NCBI RefSeq assembly: GCF_013214165.1
Contig: NZ_JABSSM010000023.1
Location: 3,609-67,608 of the forward strand
DNA: 64,000 bases
Reading direction: 5' to 3'
DNA from: Shewanella sp.
Lineage (GTDB): Bacteria > Pseudomonadota > Gammaproteobacteria > Enterobacterales > Shewanellaceae
Shown: one piece after another, positions 7,298 to 17,800 of the stretch
How positions within the stretch are numbered: position 1 is the first letter of the stretch
Layout: the number at the start of each line of letters is the position of its first letter
Translations under genes and position numbers: made by a program
The notes under the pieces: generated by a model
The model's input: only the letters and a program-made list of their open reading frames with translations
Databases searched by the model: none
Told to the model about the DNA's origin: nothing

Positions 7298-8646
7298 TTT
7301 CTAAGCTAGCTGCGCAGCAGTGAACCGGCCGGTGCTGTTATCTAATCCTCATGTGATTTTCTAAGCTGCCTGTGCGGCAGTGAACGTATAACGTTATCGG
7401 GTCCAGGTTCCTCGAGTTTTCTAATCTGCCTGTGCGGCAGTGAACCGTAGGAGGGGCTTCAGCCCCGATGCATATAGATTTCTAAGCTGCCTGTGCGGCA
7501 GTGAACGTACCAAACAAATTTACGCTAGTCGCTAGGCTTTTCTAAGCTGCCTGTGCGGCAGTGAACACCAAACTAAACCTACAACGGCCCAGCTCGCATT
7601 TCTAAGCTGCCTGTGCGGCAGTGAACTGCTTCGCGACGCGCTGTTATGAACACCGCCGTTTCTAAGCTGCCTGTGCGGCAGTGAACCGGGTAACACTAGA
7701 AACTTTAGACTCGGTGATTTTCTAAGCTGCCTGTGCGGCAGTGAACTGAATATCGATACTCAGGCCATATTTTTGGATTTTCTAAGCTGCCTGTGCGGCA
7801 GTGAACATTATTAACGTTAAGCTCTAGGTTTTCGACTCTTTCTAAGCTGCCTGTGCGGCAGTGAACGCGGACGCTTTGCAGTGCGCATATACGCTGGATT
7901 TCTAAGCTGCCTGTGCGGCAGTGAACCGGATACTGTTCTCGAGTATTACAAAATCGACTTTCTAAGCTGCCTGTGCGGCAGTGAACCCCAGAGTCGGTGA
8001 AAGCAAAATTTTCTGGATTTTCTAAGCTGCCTGTGCGGCAGTGAACCAAGGCGGCGCACTGGTTGTTGTTGTTCGGGTTTTCTAAGCTGCCTGTGCGGCA
8101 GTGAACTGCTAGCAATTCGGCGGCGCTGTTGTCTTCTGTTTCTAAGCTGCCTGTGCGGCAGTGAATGCAGAGGCTAGACGCATAGAAGACGCTCGACTTT
8201 TCTAAGCTGCCTGTGCGGCAGTGAACCCTACAGAGTTTCTAATAGAGTCGATGCGTGATTTCTAAGCTGCCTGTGCGGCAGTGAACTAATCAGCTAACGA
8301 TAACCTCACAAGTTGAAATTTCTAAGCTGCCTGTGCGGCAGTGAACGAGATCAAAGAGTTCAATATGTTTGTCGGCACTTTCTAAGCTGCCTGTGCGGCA
8401 GTGAACGCCTATCCTCAACACTCACCCACTCGCTTTGTTTTCTAAGCTGCCTGTGCGGCAGTGAACAGGGGCGGCAGGGGCGCACGATGATGTGTACATT
8501 TCTAAGCTGCCTGTGCGGCAGTGAACAGTGTGAAGAAAAATACTTAACTTATGCTGCTTTTCTAAGCTGCCTGTGCGGCAGTGAACTAGGTGTGACATCG
8601 GTTAAATCTGCTGTGAGCTTTCTAAGCTGCCTGTGCGGCAGTGAAC
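7298..8646 (-). CRISPR. Type I-F CRISPR array, 23 repeats / 22 spacers
   Basis: 28-nt repeat GTTCACTGCCGCACAGGCAGCTTAGAAA (minus); 32-nt spacers (one of 33); degenerate terminal repeat at 7298-7325 (4 mismatches) and single-base variants at 7418 and 8139; leader on the right. Confidence 0.99.
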
Positions 8647-8790
8647 ACTAGCATAGCAGCACAAAAATAAGTTACAACAAGTCTTTAGGTAAAAAATACC
8701 TATTTAACCTTCTAAAATATGACTTGTTGTAACTGATTGTTTTTCTTGTTGATTTTTAAATAGCGAAAAATAAGGGTTAAAACCAGTGTT
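8647..8790 (-). promoter_or_regulatory. CRISPR leader with IHF-like sites and inverted repeats
   Basis: AT-rich; perfect 14-bp IR AGTTACAACAAGTC (8670-8683) / GACTTGTTGTAACT (8721-8734); AAACAATCAGTTA (minus, 8742-8730) fits IHF consensus WATCAANNNNTTR at all but one position. Confidence 0.8.
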
Positions 8791-9000
8791 TTTCAAGGGA
8801 CTATGCCACTTCTGGGATGACTGAGCGGCATCTGGAATATCGCAGGCCATATAAATCAGATTCAAGAGGTGAACCTATGATAATAGACGATACCCAGGCC
8901 TTTTAATCAGCCTTATGATGGGCCGCAGGTTTGCGTAAACTGTAAACTGAAAAGTGTTAATCTTTCCTGTAGATAAACACTTCCTAGACCAGAGCGAAAA

Positions 9001-9504
9001 ATGGCACATCTATCTTCTGAAACCTTAGTGGACGCGATCAAAAGTACCCAAAATATGAACCTGAAGGAAAAAGAACTCATCTGTGATGAGCTTTTTCGAG
9101 AGCAACCCAATCTCCTAGCCTCCATATTAGTACAACAACAAATGGGCAATACCGCAGAAGAGGTAGACGTTCTGCTCAATATTCTTATCGTTCTGCACAT
9201 GGCCGTGAAGGGAGCTGGGGTAAAAATTAGCATGGTCACGGAGCTACAGCAGCAAGATCAACTGTCTAAACTGACAGCTTCCATTGCATTTTCCAGCGGA
9301 ATGGACAGCCAATCAGTAAATAGCTCGATAACTCAATATATTTCCAATCATAAAGAGTCGATATTATTGGTGTTTGTGACCGATTCGATGAAGCGTGCAG
9401 GATTTTTTGAAAAAACCAAGGAATGCTCAAAATATCTAATATTCGCTGGCGTTAATTTGGTAAATTGTCTTTCTAATGCCATTGAGTTGGCAGCTTCTGA
9501 GTAG
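9001..9504 (+). CDS. Hypothetical protein, 167 aa
   Basis: Long ORF with ATG, predicted helical; no family recognised. Confidence 0.75.
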   Translation: MAHLSSETLVDAIKSTQNMNLKEKELICDELFREQPNLLASILVQQQMGNTAEEVDVLLNILIVLHMAVKGAGVKISMVTELQQQDQLSKLTASIAFSSGMDSQSVNSSITQYISNHKESILLVFVTDSMKRAGFFEKTKECSKYLIFAGVNLVNCLSNAIELAASE

Positions 9505-9559
9505 AAAACCGTGCTAGCCTGACAGCAAGGGAGTACATAGCATCCGGAATGCACATAGT

Positions 9560-9587
9560 ATTCTAAGCTGCCTGCGCGGCGGTGAAC
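9560..9587 (-). CRISPR. Orphan type I-F repeat
   Basis: GTTCACCGCCGCGCAGGCAGCTTAGAAT, 25/28 identical to array repeat, 914 bp from the array; no second repeat at +/-60 bp. Confidence 0.85.
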
Positions 9588-9608
9588 GCGTGTGATTCAT
9601 CGCAGAAG

Positions 9609-9639
9609 AGCTATCACGCTCAAGGTGATCGTGATAGCT
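9609..9639. terminator. Hairpin downstream of pyrI
   Basis: AGCTATCACG-N11-CGTGATAGCT; weak U-tract. Confidence 0.4.
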
Positions 9640-9700
9640 ATCTTGAAAAACACCGCCTGCATCAGTTTGGCCACAGGTAATATGATTTCAGCCCAGGGTG

Positions 9701-10159
9701 TTAATGAAACTCGCGGAACACGCCGGAAATAAATGACTTTTCACAGTAATGGCACTTCAGCTTAGCCCCGGCGCCCTCTTGCTTGATATTGAAACGACTG
9801 TCGACGGGCTCATTATGGCTGATACAGTTGCTGTTAGGGCAGGTCAATACTCCTGAGATGCGCTCGGGTATGGCCACTTTGAACTTATTGACCACTTCAA
9901 AATCTTCGATCACATTGATGGTCGCCTTAGGCGCGAACAGGGCCAACTGGTTGGCCTGATTTTGATCGAATACCGTGTGCTCAATCTTGATGATATCTTT
10001 CAAGGCGCCGCTACTGGTCGGCAGATTTAAGCCTATGGTGAGACGCTGCTGTCCCTCGAAGAGCTCAAAAAACTTCAGGATCTTAATCCCTTGCCCGGGT
10101 GCGATATGGTCGATAACAGTACCATTTTCTATGGCTTCGACTTTTAGCTGCTTCTTCAT
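9701..10159 (-). CDS. pyrI: Aspartate carbamoyltransferase regulatory chain
   Basis: [28 protein letters not shown] zinc ligands. Confidence 0.97.
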   Translation of the reverse strand: MKKQLKVEAIENGTVIDHIAPGQGIKILKFFELFEGQQRLTIGLNLPTSSGALKDIIKIEHTVFDQNQANQLALFAPKATINVIEDFEVVNKFKVAIPERISGVLTCPNSNCISHNEPVDSRFNIKQEGAGAKLKCHYCEKSFISGVFREFH

Positions 10160-11091
10160 GACTCATCTCCATACTCGTTGGTCAGCACTAAGGCAAGCAG
10201 CGCTTGGCGGGCATATACGCCATTTTCAGCCTGCTGAAAGTAATAAGCATAAGGGGTGTGATCTACATCTGTGGTGATCTCATCGACTCTGGGCAATGGG
10301 TGTAATACCTTAAGATTATCTTTCACTCCCTGCAGCATGTTAGCGCTCAAGATAAAACTGGATTTCAAATGCTGATATTCAGTTTCATCGAAGCGTTCCT
10401 TCTGCACCCGAGTCATATATAAGATATCTAAGTTATCGACTACGCCATCTAAGGTGTCATGCAGGGTGAACTTACAGCCTTGGGCTTTGAGATCGTCGAT
10501 AATGTAATCGGGCATAGACAGTGCTGGGGGGGCAATAAAGTGGAACTCACAATCAAACAGAGACAATGCCTGGGTCAGAGAATGCACTGTACGACCATAT
10601 TTAAGATCACCCACGAAGGCCACCTGCAGCTTATCTAAGGTGCCTTGGGTCTCATAGATGCTGAACAGGTCGAGTAAGGTTTGCGTCGGATGCTGATTCG
10701 AGCCATCGCCGCCATTGATCACCGGCACCGAAGAGAACTCACTGGCAAGACGGGCCGCGCCCTCTTGATTGTGACGCATGAAGAAAGCGTCGCAATAGGA
10801 GGAGATCACCTTTACCGAATCGGCCAAGGTTTCACCTTTCTTGCCCAAAGACGTGTTACCACTATCGGGGAAACCAATAATACTTCCCCCTAGCCTATGT
10901 ACCGCGGTCTCGAAGGACAGGCGAGTTCGCGTCGAGGCTTCGAAGAAACAGCTGGCGATGACACAGTTTTTCAACAGTTCTGGATTAGGAGTTTGCTTCA
11001 GTGTATTGGCGGTAGAGACAATAAGTTCTAGTTCTGAACGTGAGAGGTCGGAGATAGAGATTATATGTTTATGATATAAGGGGTTACTCAT
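10156..11091 (-). CDS. pyrB: Aspartate carbamoyltransferase catalytic chain
   Basis: [25 protein letters not shown] motifs. Confidence 0.98.
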   Translation of the reverse strand: MSNPLYHKHIISISDLSRSELELIVSTANTLKQTPNPELLKNCVIASCFFEASTRTRLSFETAVHRLGGSIIGFPDSGNTSLGKKGETLADSVKVISSYCDAFFMRHNQEGAARLASEFSSVPVINGGDGSNQHPTQTLLDLFSIYETQGTLDKLQVAFVGDLKYGRTVHSLTQALSLFDCEFHFIAPPALSMPDYIIDDLKAQGCKFTLHDTLDGVVDNLDILYMTRVQKERFDETEYQHLKSSFILSANMLQGVKDNLKVLHPLPRVDEITTDVDHTPYAYYFQQAENGVYARQALLALVLTNEYGDES

Positions 11092-11242
11092 TCTTGCAGT
11101 GTCCTGTTCCGATGATGAAATCGGGTGGGAATTGTACTCCTTTTCGGTCGATGAGTATATAGGCAGACACGCATTGAGCCCTGATGGTTAGCCACTGGCT
11201 TCCTGCCATAGACGCAAGCGATTATTTGAGCAAAAATACAAC

Positions 11243-11265
11243 AAAAAAACCTGCTAGCAAGCAGG
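11243..11265 (-). terminator. Intrinsic terminator in pyrB leader (possible attenuator)
   Basis: CCTGCT-TGCT-AGCAGG followed by T7 on minus strand, about 150 nt upstream of pyrB, preceded by pyrimidine runs. Confidence 0.6.
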
Positions 11266-11627
11266 CCTATCTGGTCATGGGGGAAATAGGTGAAAAGCGC
11301 GTCGGGGGCTAGCTCATACTTACATATTCACATATGTAATCACACACAAACAGGGTTGTGCTACATCCCTCGCTAACCGCACTGTAAGCCCAGAAACTAA
11401 CACGGTTGCTACTCATAGACGTGACATCAAAACTCACAAAACCAATCACTACCTAATGATACGCTCTTCACTATTTAGTATAGTCAATATTTAGCCAGTG
11501 TTACGTTTAAGAGACTAAATATTTCTATTAATGCCTAATTCAGAATACAGGAGCCGGCTCCCCTCGTTTCAATCCCCGCAGCAACGACTAAGCCTTAGCA
11601 GTTTAAGGCATCATAACAATGGGAGAT

Positions 11628-12017
11628 TTAGCCATCGATGCGCTTTTCATTCTTCGATGAGTGACCGGCTAACACCAACAAACCGGCAAGAATAGCCAGA
11701 TTTTTGATGAAGTTCTGCATCTCATGCGCCGCCTCGATACCGCTATAGTTCCAGAAGTCGTGAAGGCTGAAATTAATCAGAACCACGAGTCCAGCCAGCA
11801 TCAGTGACACAGGCACTGTGTATCTATTAGCCATTAATGCCAGGGCTGCGAGTATCTCTAATGCCCCGGCCGTCGCCAGTAATACCGGGATCATCAGCAT
11901 ATTATGTTTAGCCATCAATGCCACATGCATGTCCCAGCTGACAAATTTCATGATCCCGGGTAACAAGAAATAGAGGGCTAACAATACTCTGCCACTGGTG
12001 ATTAATGCTAGCTCCAT
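11628..12017 (-). CDS. DoxX family membrane protein
   Basis: GRVLLALYF, HDFWN, FIKNLAILAGLL. Confidence 0.85.
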   Translation of the reverse strand: MELALITSGRVLLALYFLLPGIMKFVSWDMHVALMAKHNMLMIPVLLATAGALEILAALALMANRYTVPVSLMLAGLVVLINFSLHDFWNYSGIEAAHEMQNFIKNLAILAGLLVLAGHSSKNEKRIDG

Positions 12018-12054
12018 GACCTTATCCTCTGCTGCTAATGATAGCTTGGCTTAA

Positions 12055-12093
12055 TAGGCTAATCTGCTGACTCACACTCATCAGATTAGCCTA
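12055..12093. terminator. 12-bp hairpin downstream of ohr
   Basis: TAGGCTAATCTG ... CAGATTAGCCTA. Confidence 0.45.
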
Positions 12094-12108
12094 ATGCCTT
12101 AATCGCGG

Positions 12109-12531
12109 TTATATCGAGCGCTCATTGACCGTCAGAGCCACATCGATATTACCTCTAACGGCATTCGAATATGGACATACCTGATGCGCTGTCTTGACTA
12201 ATTGCTCTGCCTGCTCTTGTGGGAGGTCAAGCGTCACAGATAATGCCACTGTGAGTCCAAAGCCGCCCTCTTCTCTCACTCCAATCGCTACAGTCGCCGT
12301 CACGGGTGCCTGGCTTAGTGTGAGTTTGGTTTCCCCTGCGACATGTAAAATAGCATTGGAGAAACAGGCACTATAACCTGCCGCAAACAGTTGCTCTGGA
12401 TTGGTCGACTCTCCACTGCCACCCATCTCTTTGGGATAACTGAGTGATAGGCGCAACTTACCATCGTCTGTTGCCACAGTACCGTTACGGCCCGCATTCG
12501 CTGTTGCTTGTGTTTGATACATTGCTTGCAT
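12109..12531 (-). CDS. ohr: Organic hydroperoxide resistance protein Ohr
   Basis: NPEQLFAAGYSACF and AHQVCPYSNAVRGN catalytic Cys motifs. Confidence 0.95.
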   Translation of the reverse strand: MQAMYQTQATANAGRNGTVATDDGKLRLSLSYPKEMGGSGESTNPEQLFAAGYSACFSNAILHVAGETKLTLSQAPVTATVAIGVREEGGFGLTVALSVTLDLPQEQAEQLVKTAHQVCPYSNAVRGNIDVALTVNERSI

Positions 12532-12608
12532 AATTGGGTCTCTCTTCCTCTGCGCGTTCTCTGCTATGAGAGCGCTCTGATTTACATGCTAATTCTTGCG
12601 CTCAAATT

Positions 12609-12682
12609 AAATTGCACACAATTTAAGTTAAGATAACTCTAGCAGCATTCACCCTCCCTTACAACTAAATTGCGCACAACTT
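12609..12682. promoter_or_regulatory. Two OhrR-type operator palindromes
   Basis: AAATTG-CACA-CAATTT (12609-12624) and AAATTG-CGCA-CAACTT (12667-12682) upstream of ohr. Confidence 0.6.
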
Positions 12683-12895
12683 AAATTGCAATTAGGCTAA
12701 TTGCCAAGTTAAGGTCAGCTGTAATGTTTATTAAGCGAATCGATTCAGCCATAGTTAAGCAATCGTTAAGCCTAATGACGCTAATATACTCTGGCACCGA
12801 CTCATTGAAGCGGTTTAACGCCACGGTGAACGAGGTCATAGTCTCAATCCTTTAATCACAATCGCAGCTGATGCGGACAAGATAAACATTGGCTA

Positions 12896-13933
12896 ATGAA
12901 AACTTTCAATCAGGAGTATAATTTGCCCCCTCTATATTCTCGTTCCCAAGTATTCGCTTCCGGTTTAGCTGCCAGTTTAGCCCTGGCCAGTCCAATCGCC
13001 CATGCAGGCCAATGGCATATCCAAGTCGATAATGACATCATCTTTGGTGATGATGGCAACTATACCAATGCCATCATTCTGGGCTGGGAAAGCCAAGCTG
13101 AGGCTGATTTGTCTTTTGCTCCCATGCCGGCTCAATGGCTTGGGGCACTCACCTTCTCACAAGCCGATGCTGAGCACGCTTGGGGCTGGAAAGTCAGCCA
13201 ACAGATGTGGACACCAGGCATGATCGAAGTCGATGCACCTCAAGCTGAAGATAGACCTTACGCTGGCTATCTGGCATTTGAAGGTCATACGGCAACCTAT
13301 TCAGCTAGATTAGCGCAAAAAAACTGGCTCTCATTGGGAGTTGTTGGTCCAGCATCTGCCAATGAGCAAGTTCAATCCTTTGTGCATAAGATCACGGGCT
13401 CCTCCGCTCCTCAAGGTTGGCAATATCAGGTCGAAAACCAACTGACGCTTCAAGCCGCCTATGAAATCGACAGCTTGTTCATGCGTGGAGCGGCATTTAA
13501 TAATGACTTTCTCGGAGAGACCCAATGGGACATTGGCGGCTTTAGTCATACGCAATTAGGTAACTTTCGCAGCCAAGCAGATCTGGGCTTAAGCTTGAGA
13601 TGGGGAAACGAACTGGCTAATTCATTCGGTCGACTGAGTCAACATGCTGGCCAGTATGGCAATCTGTCCGCCACCAGCAAAAGCAGCAGTTTCATGGTCT
13701 ATAGCCGAGTCTATCTAGGTTATCGCTTCAATGATCTCACCCTCGATGGTTCTCTCCCCTATGATTCACAAGTCGAACTAGAAAACAGACAAGCGGGCAT
13801 CAATACTGGCATTATCTGGGCCCATCCTGGCTGGTCTATTGCCTGGACGTTTAATTCCTATACCAAGGAATATAAGAGCGACACAGACAAGTGGCATGGC
13901 TATGGTTCGTTAGTGGTCAGTTGGAATTTATGA
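12896..13933 (+). CDS. Lipid A deacylase LpxR family outer-membrane protein (DUF2219)
   Basis: DND..GDDGNYTN, Q.MWTP, DRPYAGYL, LGVVGP.SA, GWQYQV.N motifs; terminal aromatic residue. Confidence 0.85.
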   Translation: MKTFNQEYNLPPLYSRSQVFASGLAASLALASPIAHAGQWHIQVDNDIIFGDDGNYTNAIILGWESQAEADLSFAPMPAQWLGALTFSQADAEHAWGWKVSQQMWTPGMIEVDAPQAEDRPYAGYLAFEGHTATYSARLAQKNWLSLGVVGPASANEQVQSFVHKITGSSAPQGWQYQVENQLTLQAAYEIDSLFMRGAAFNNDFLGETQWDIGGFSHTQLGNFRSQADLGLSLRWGNELANSFGRLSQHAGQYGNLSATSKSSSFMVYSRVYLGYRFNDLTLDGSLPYDSQVELENRQAGINTGIIWAHPGWSIAWTFNSYTKEYKSDTDKWHGYGSLVVSWNL

Positions 13934-13981
13934 TATTTACATTTTCGCTGATGATTAATCCCATCGAATAAATGAATCAGA

Positions 13982-14890
13982 CTATTTTTCGTTCAACTCC
14001 ACATACACATCTTCTGCGGCAACGACTCGATTGCGCCCCAGCGCTTTAGCCCGATAGACAGCGGCGTCAGCACGGCTAAATAGTTCGACAAATGTTTGCT
14101 CGTGTCTCATTAACTGAGCGACGCCAAAACTCGCAGTCACGCTTATCCCCATTGGGGCTAACGCTTCGATTTTTTCTCTTAATAACTCTGCCTTCTCGAC
14201 AGCGCAATGGAGGCAGCAATGTTCCAATAACATCACAAATTCCTCGCCGCCGAAACGGGCCACCACATCTTCTTTTCGATTGTCATCCTTGAGTATTTTG
14301 GCGATAGCCTTGAGTACCAGATCGCCAGCATGATGGCCGAATTGATCATTGATATGCTTGAAAAAATCGATATCAATCATCAGCATCGATAACTGACTTC
14401 CATGCCTATCGACATAAGCCAATTTATTTGCCGCGGCTTCGATTAAGAAGTGGCGGTTATACAATTGGGTCAATGGGTCATGGAGCGCCATGTTACGAAG
14501 CTTATCACTTTGGTGCTTAAGCTTTATCTGCGTAGATACCCTAGCCTTCACTATCGCGGGACGTATCGGCTTAGCGATGTAATCCACCGCACCGAGTCGC
14601 AAGCCAAATTCCTCATCTTCATCTGAGTCTCGACCTGTGACAAAAATAATCGGAATATCTTTGGTATTTGGATTCTGTTTAAGTTGACGGCAAACTTCGT
14701 AACCATTCATCTCTGGCATGATCACATCGAGTAGGATCAGATCGGGAAAGGGTGGATTTTGGGCAAGTTCGAGACAACGTTGGCCATTCATGGCGATTTT
14801 CAATCGATACTGATGCTTTAAGCATCCGGCCAACAGTTGAATATTGGTGCGAGTGTCATCGACCAATAGAATCGTTGCTTTTTCAGCCAT
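13982..14890 (-). CDS. Response regulator diguanylate cyclase (REC-GGDEF)
   Basis: REC (ILLVDD, DLILLDVIMP) + GGDEF domain (ARFGGEEF) with RKED at the I-site position. Confidence 0.93.
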   Translation of the reverse strand: MAEKATILLVDDTRTNIQLLAGCLKHQYRLKIAMNGQRCLELAQNPPFPDLILLDVIMPEMNGYEVCRQLKQNPNTKDIPIIFVTGRDSDEDEEFGLRLGAVDYIAKPIRPAIVKARVSTQIKLKHQSDKLRNMALHDPLTQLYNRHFLIEAAANKLAYVDRHGSQLSMLMIDIDFFKHINDQFGHHAGDLVLKAIAKILKDDNRKEDVVARFGGEEFVMLLEHCCLHCAVEKAELLREKIEALAPMGISVTASFGVAQLMRHEQTFVELFSRADAAVYRAKALGRNRVVAAEDVYVELNEK

Positions 14891-17800
14891 TGACTATTTC
14901 CTTAGATGGACTCGAGTCAGTATCGACAAGATAGATGGAGAGCTCAGTCAAACATGCACTCGCTTGCTCATGTTCAAAATTGGCCAGCCGTTGTAGCAGG
15001 TGATCAAACTTCTGCTGCAACTCGGGGCGCTCACTGGCTCTTTTTAGATGACCATAATCCGCTACATCTATGTAGCTGCCTTCGCTGAGTTTTGCTGAGA
15101 TATCCGCTAAGCTTTCTGCAATCAACTGCTCACTTGCACGGGTTAGCGGGATCTCTTCACCTCTAGGCTTATCATACTGTTTAACCACTGACATTAATTC
15201 GTCGTATCGGGTCTGTAACTCGGGGAGTTCTGCGCGGATTTGAGCTAGCTTGTTCTCTTGTGCAGCTTTCTCTATCCTCGCTGCACAAGCTTGCAGTTTA
15301 CTGCCGCTAAGGTTTGCCGCTACGCCTTTTATGGTGTGGGATATTTGCCGCAGTTGATCGATATCCCCTGCTGCATTGGCCTCCATCAGGGACTCGATAC
15401 GCTTAGGCATATCCTCTGAAAAAATATCCACTATGGCATTAAACAGAGACTCTTTTCCCATGGAACGCGTTAGTAGCGACTCCTTATCCCATATGGTTTT
15501 GTCGACCCAAACACTGACTTGTTCATGCTTAGGCTCCTTGATATTTATCTCAGCTATCAGGTCGGTGTGTCTCTCGGCTTTAATATCAGGTATTGCGCTG
15601 ATTACAGCAGATGTTGTGGCTGATACATCTTCATTGCAGTCGTCTTGATTGAGAATCCCATCGTCAGACTCAGCTTGGGGAAGCCAATGTATGAGTTTAT
15701 CGAGCAGTTTATCGGGATTTATGGGCTTGGGCAGATAATCATTCATCCCCGAATCGATGCACTTTTCTCTATCCCCCATCATGGCATTCGCCGTCATAGC
15801 CACTATGACGATGTCTTTATTTGCGGCTCCTGCATTGCCGGCGCGGATCACACGCGTGGCTTGATATCCATCCATCTCAGGCATCAGACAATCCATCAAG
15901 ATCAGAGCGAAAGGAGCACCGACTGCATTTTTTAGCTTATTTAATGCTTGCAAACCATTTTCGGCGACGACCACATCTAAGTTAAAATTTTCTAAAATCC
16001 CCATGGCTACTAATTGATTAACATAGTTATCCTCAACCAGGAGGACACGGGTATCATGAGACCATGTCGGTATCTTGAGTTTGTCAGCTTGATGGTGTAA
16101 CGCCTGAAGATAATGATGGGTCACCAGAGGCCGGGCATTTTGCAGTGCCTCACCGTCATCGGCGACGACGTTGAGTGCATCGAATAGATCTGAGGTGGTG
16201 GTTGGTTTAGGGAAATAGCCACTAAAACCGAGTTCCGCAAAGAAGCTGGCATCCCCCATCTGAGACATTGAGGTCATCATTACCAGCTTGATTTGAGCAA
16301 ACCTGGCATCGGCTTTTAATCTCTGTCCAAGTTCGGCGCCATCCATTGCTGCCATCTGCATGTCTAAGAAGGCAACATCAAATTTAAGACTGCCAGGCTC
16401 TTTATCTCTTTGAGCGCATATATCCAAGGCTTCTTGGCCGCTGCAGGCCTCAACCACAGTCGCCCCCCACAGTTCGAGTTGATCGCGGATCACTTCACGG
16501 TTAGTCGCATTGTCATCGACCACCAACAAGTTGAGTTGGTTAATATCGACCTTAGGGATCACTAGCGTCGACCTAGTACTCCTGCCCAGTAAAACCTTAA
16601 ATTCAAAACGACTCCCTTCGCCATAAACACTGCTCACTGACACGTCTCCGCCCATCAGACGCGATATTTTCTGCACGATGGCGAGTCCCAAGCCAGTGCC
16701 GCCATATTTTCTGGTGGTTGATGCGTCTATCTGACTAAATGATGTAAATAAACTATCGATTTTATCCGCGGGGATCCCTATTCCGGTATCCGACACGGAG
16801 CAGGTTAACCACCAATGCCCCGCATCAGCAGGTGTGAGCTTGGCTCTCACCACCACCTCACCTTGCTGAGTAAACTTAATCGCATTACCGGTTAAGTTGG
16901 TGATAGCCTGACGCAGCCGACCAGGGTCTCCGGTTACCATAGAGTGTTCGACCCCTTTGAGATCTAAAATCAGTTCCAAATTTTTATCTTGAGCTTGGTG
17001 AGCGATACCTTCGGCAAAGTCGCCAAGCATTCCCCTCAAGTTGAAATCTATCTGTTCCAGCTCTAACTTGCCGGCATCGATTTTTGAATAATCTAATATG
17101 TCGTTAATCAACGAAAGCAAGGATTGTGCACTGGACTGAGCTATGTTGACACGACGGGTTTGATACTCGGTCAACTTGGAGTTAGATAACAGACCCAACA
17201 TGCCGATAACGCCATTCATGGGGGTGCGGATCTCGTGGCTCATGCTGGCGAGAAACTCACTCTTAGCCTTAGTGGCTTGCTCGGCCTCCTCTTTCGTCTG
17301 TAACAGGGCGTTTTGGTTGGCTGTTCGCTCGGTAATATCCCTAAAGCTCCAGACTCGACCAAAATACTCACCATCGATTTCCATGGGGGATGAGGCACGC
17401 TCGAAGACGCGTCCATCGATAAACGCTATGGTATCGAATGCCTCTAGTTCCCGGTTCTGATAAATTTCTTCGACGCGTTTAAGGAAGAGCTCTGGCTCTT
17501 TTAACAAGCCCTTAATTTGCTTTAATATGACTCTGTCGTTAATCCCTTTATCGAGTAACTCTTTAGTCACTCCCCAGAGATGTGCGAACTGACTATTAGT
17601 CCTTAAAATCTCGCCATCACTACTGGTCACCAAGATACCATTATCGGTCGACTCCAGTGTGGCATTCATCAGAGTCAACGCCTCTTTAACCTCTAACTCC
17701 TTACGCTTTCTCTCGGTGATATCGGCTCGAATGGCAATATAGCTCTTAGGTAAATTCCTCGCATCTTTCAGGGCCATGATGGTGGTATCGACCCAGTAAA

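Noticed and set aside
7705-8651. ORFs 7705-8115 (-) and 8313-8651 (+) with periodic VHCRTGSLE / FLSCLCGSE motifs
   Set aside because: Translation artefacts of the 60-bp CRISPR period
8830-8847. Partial match (ATTCC(A/G)GATG) between the orphan-repeat downstream sequence and the leader-side intergenic region
   Set aside because: Seed positions 1-9 do not match and there is no PAM
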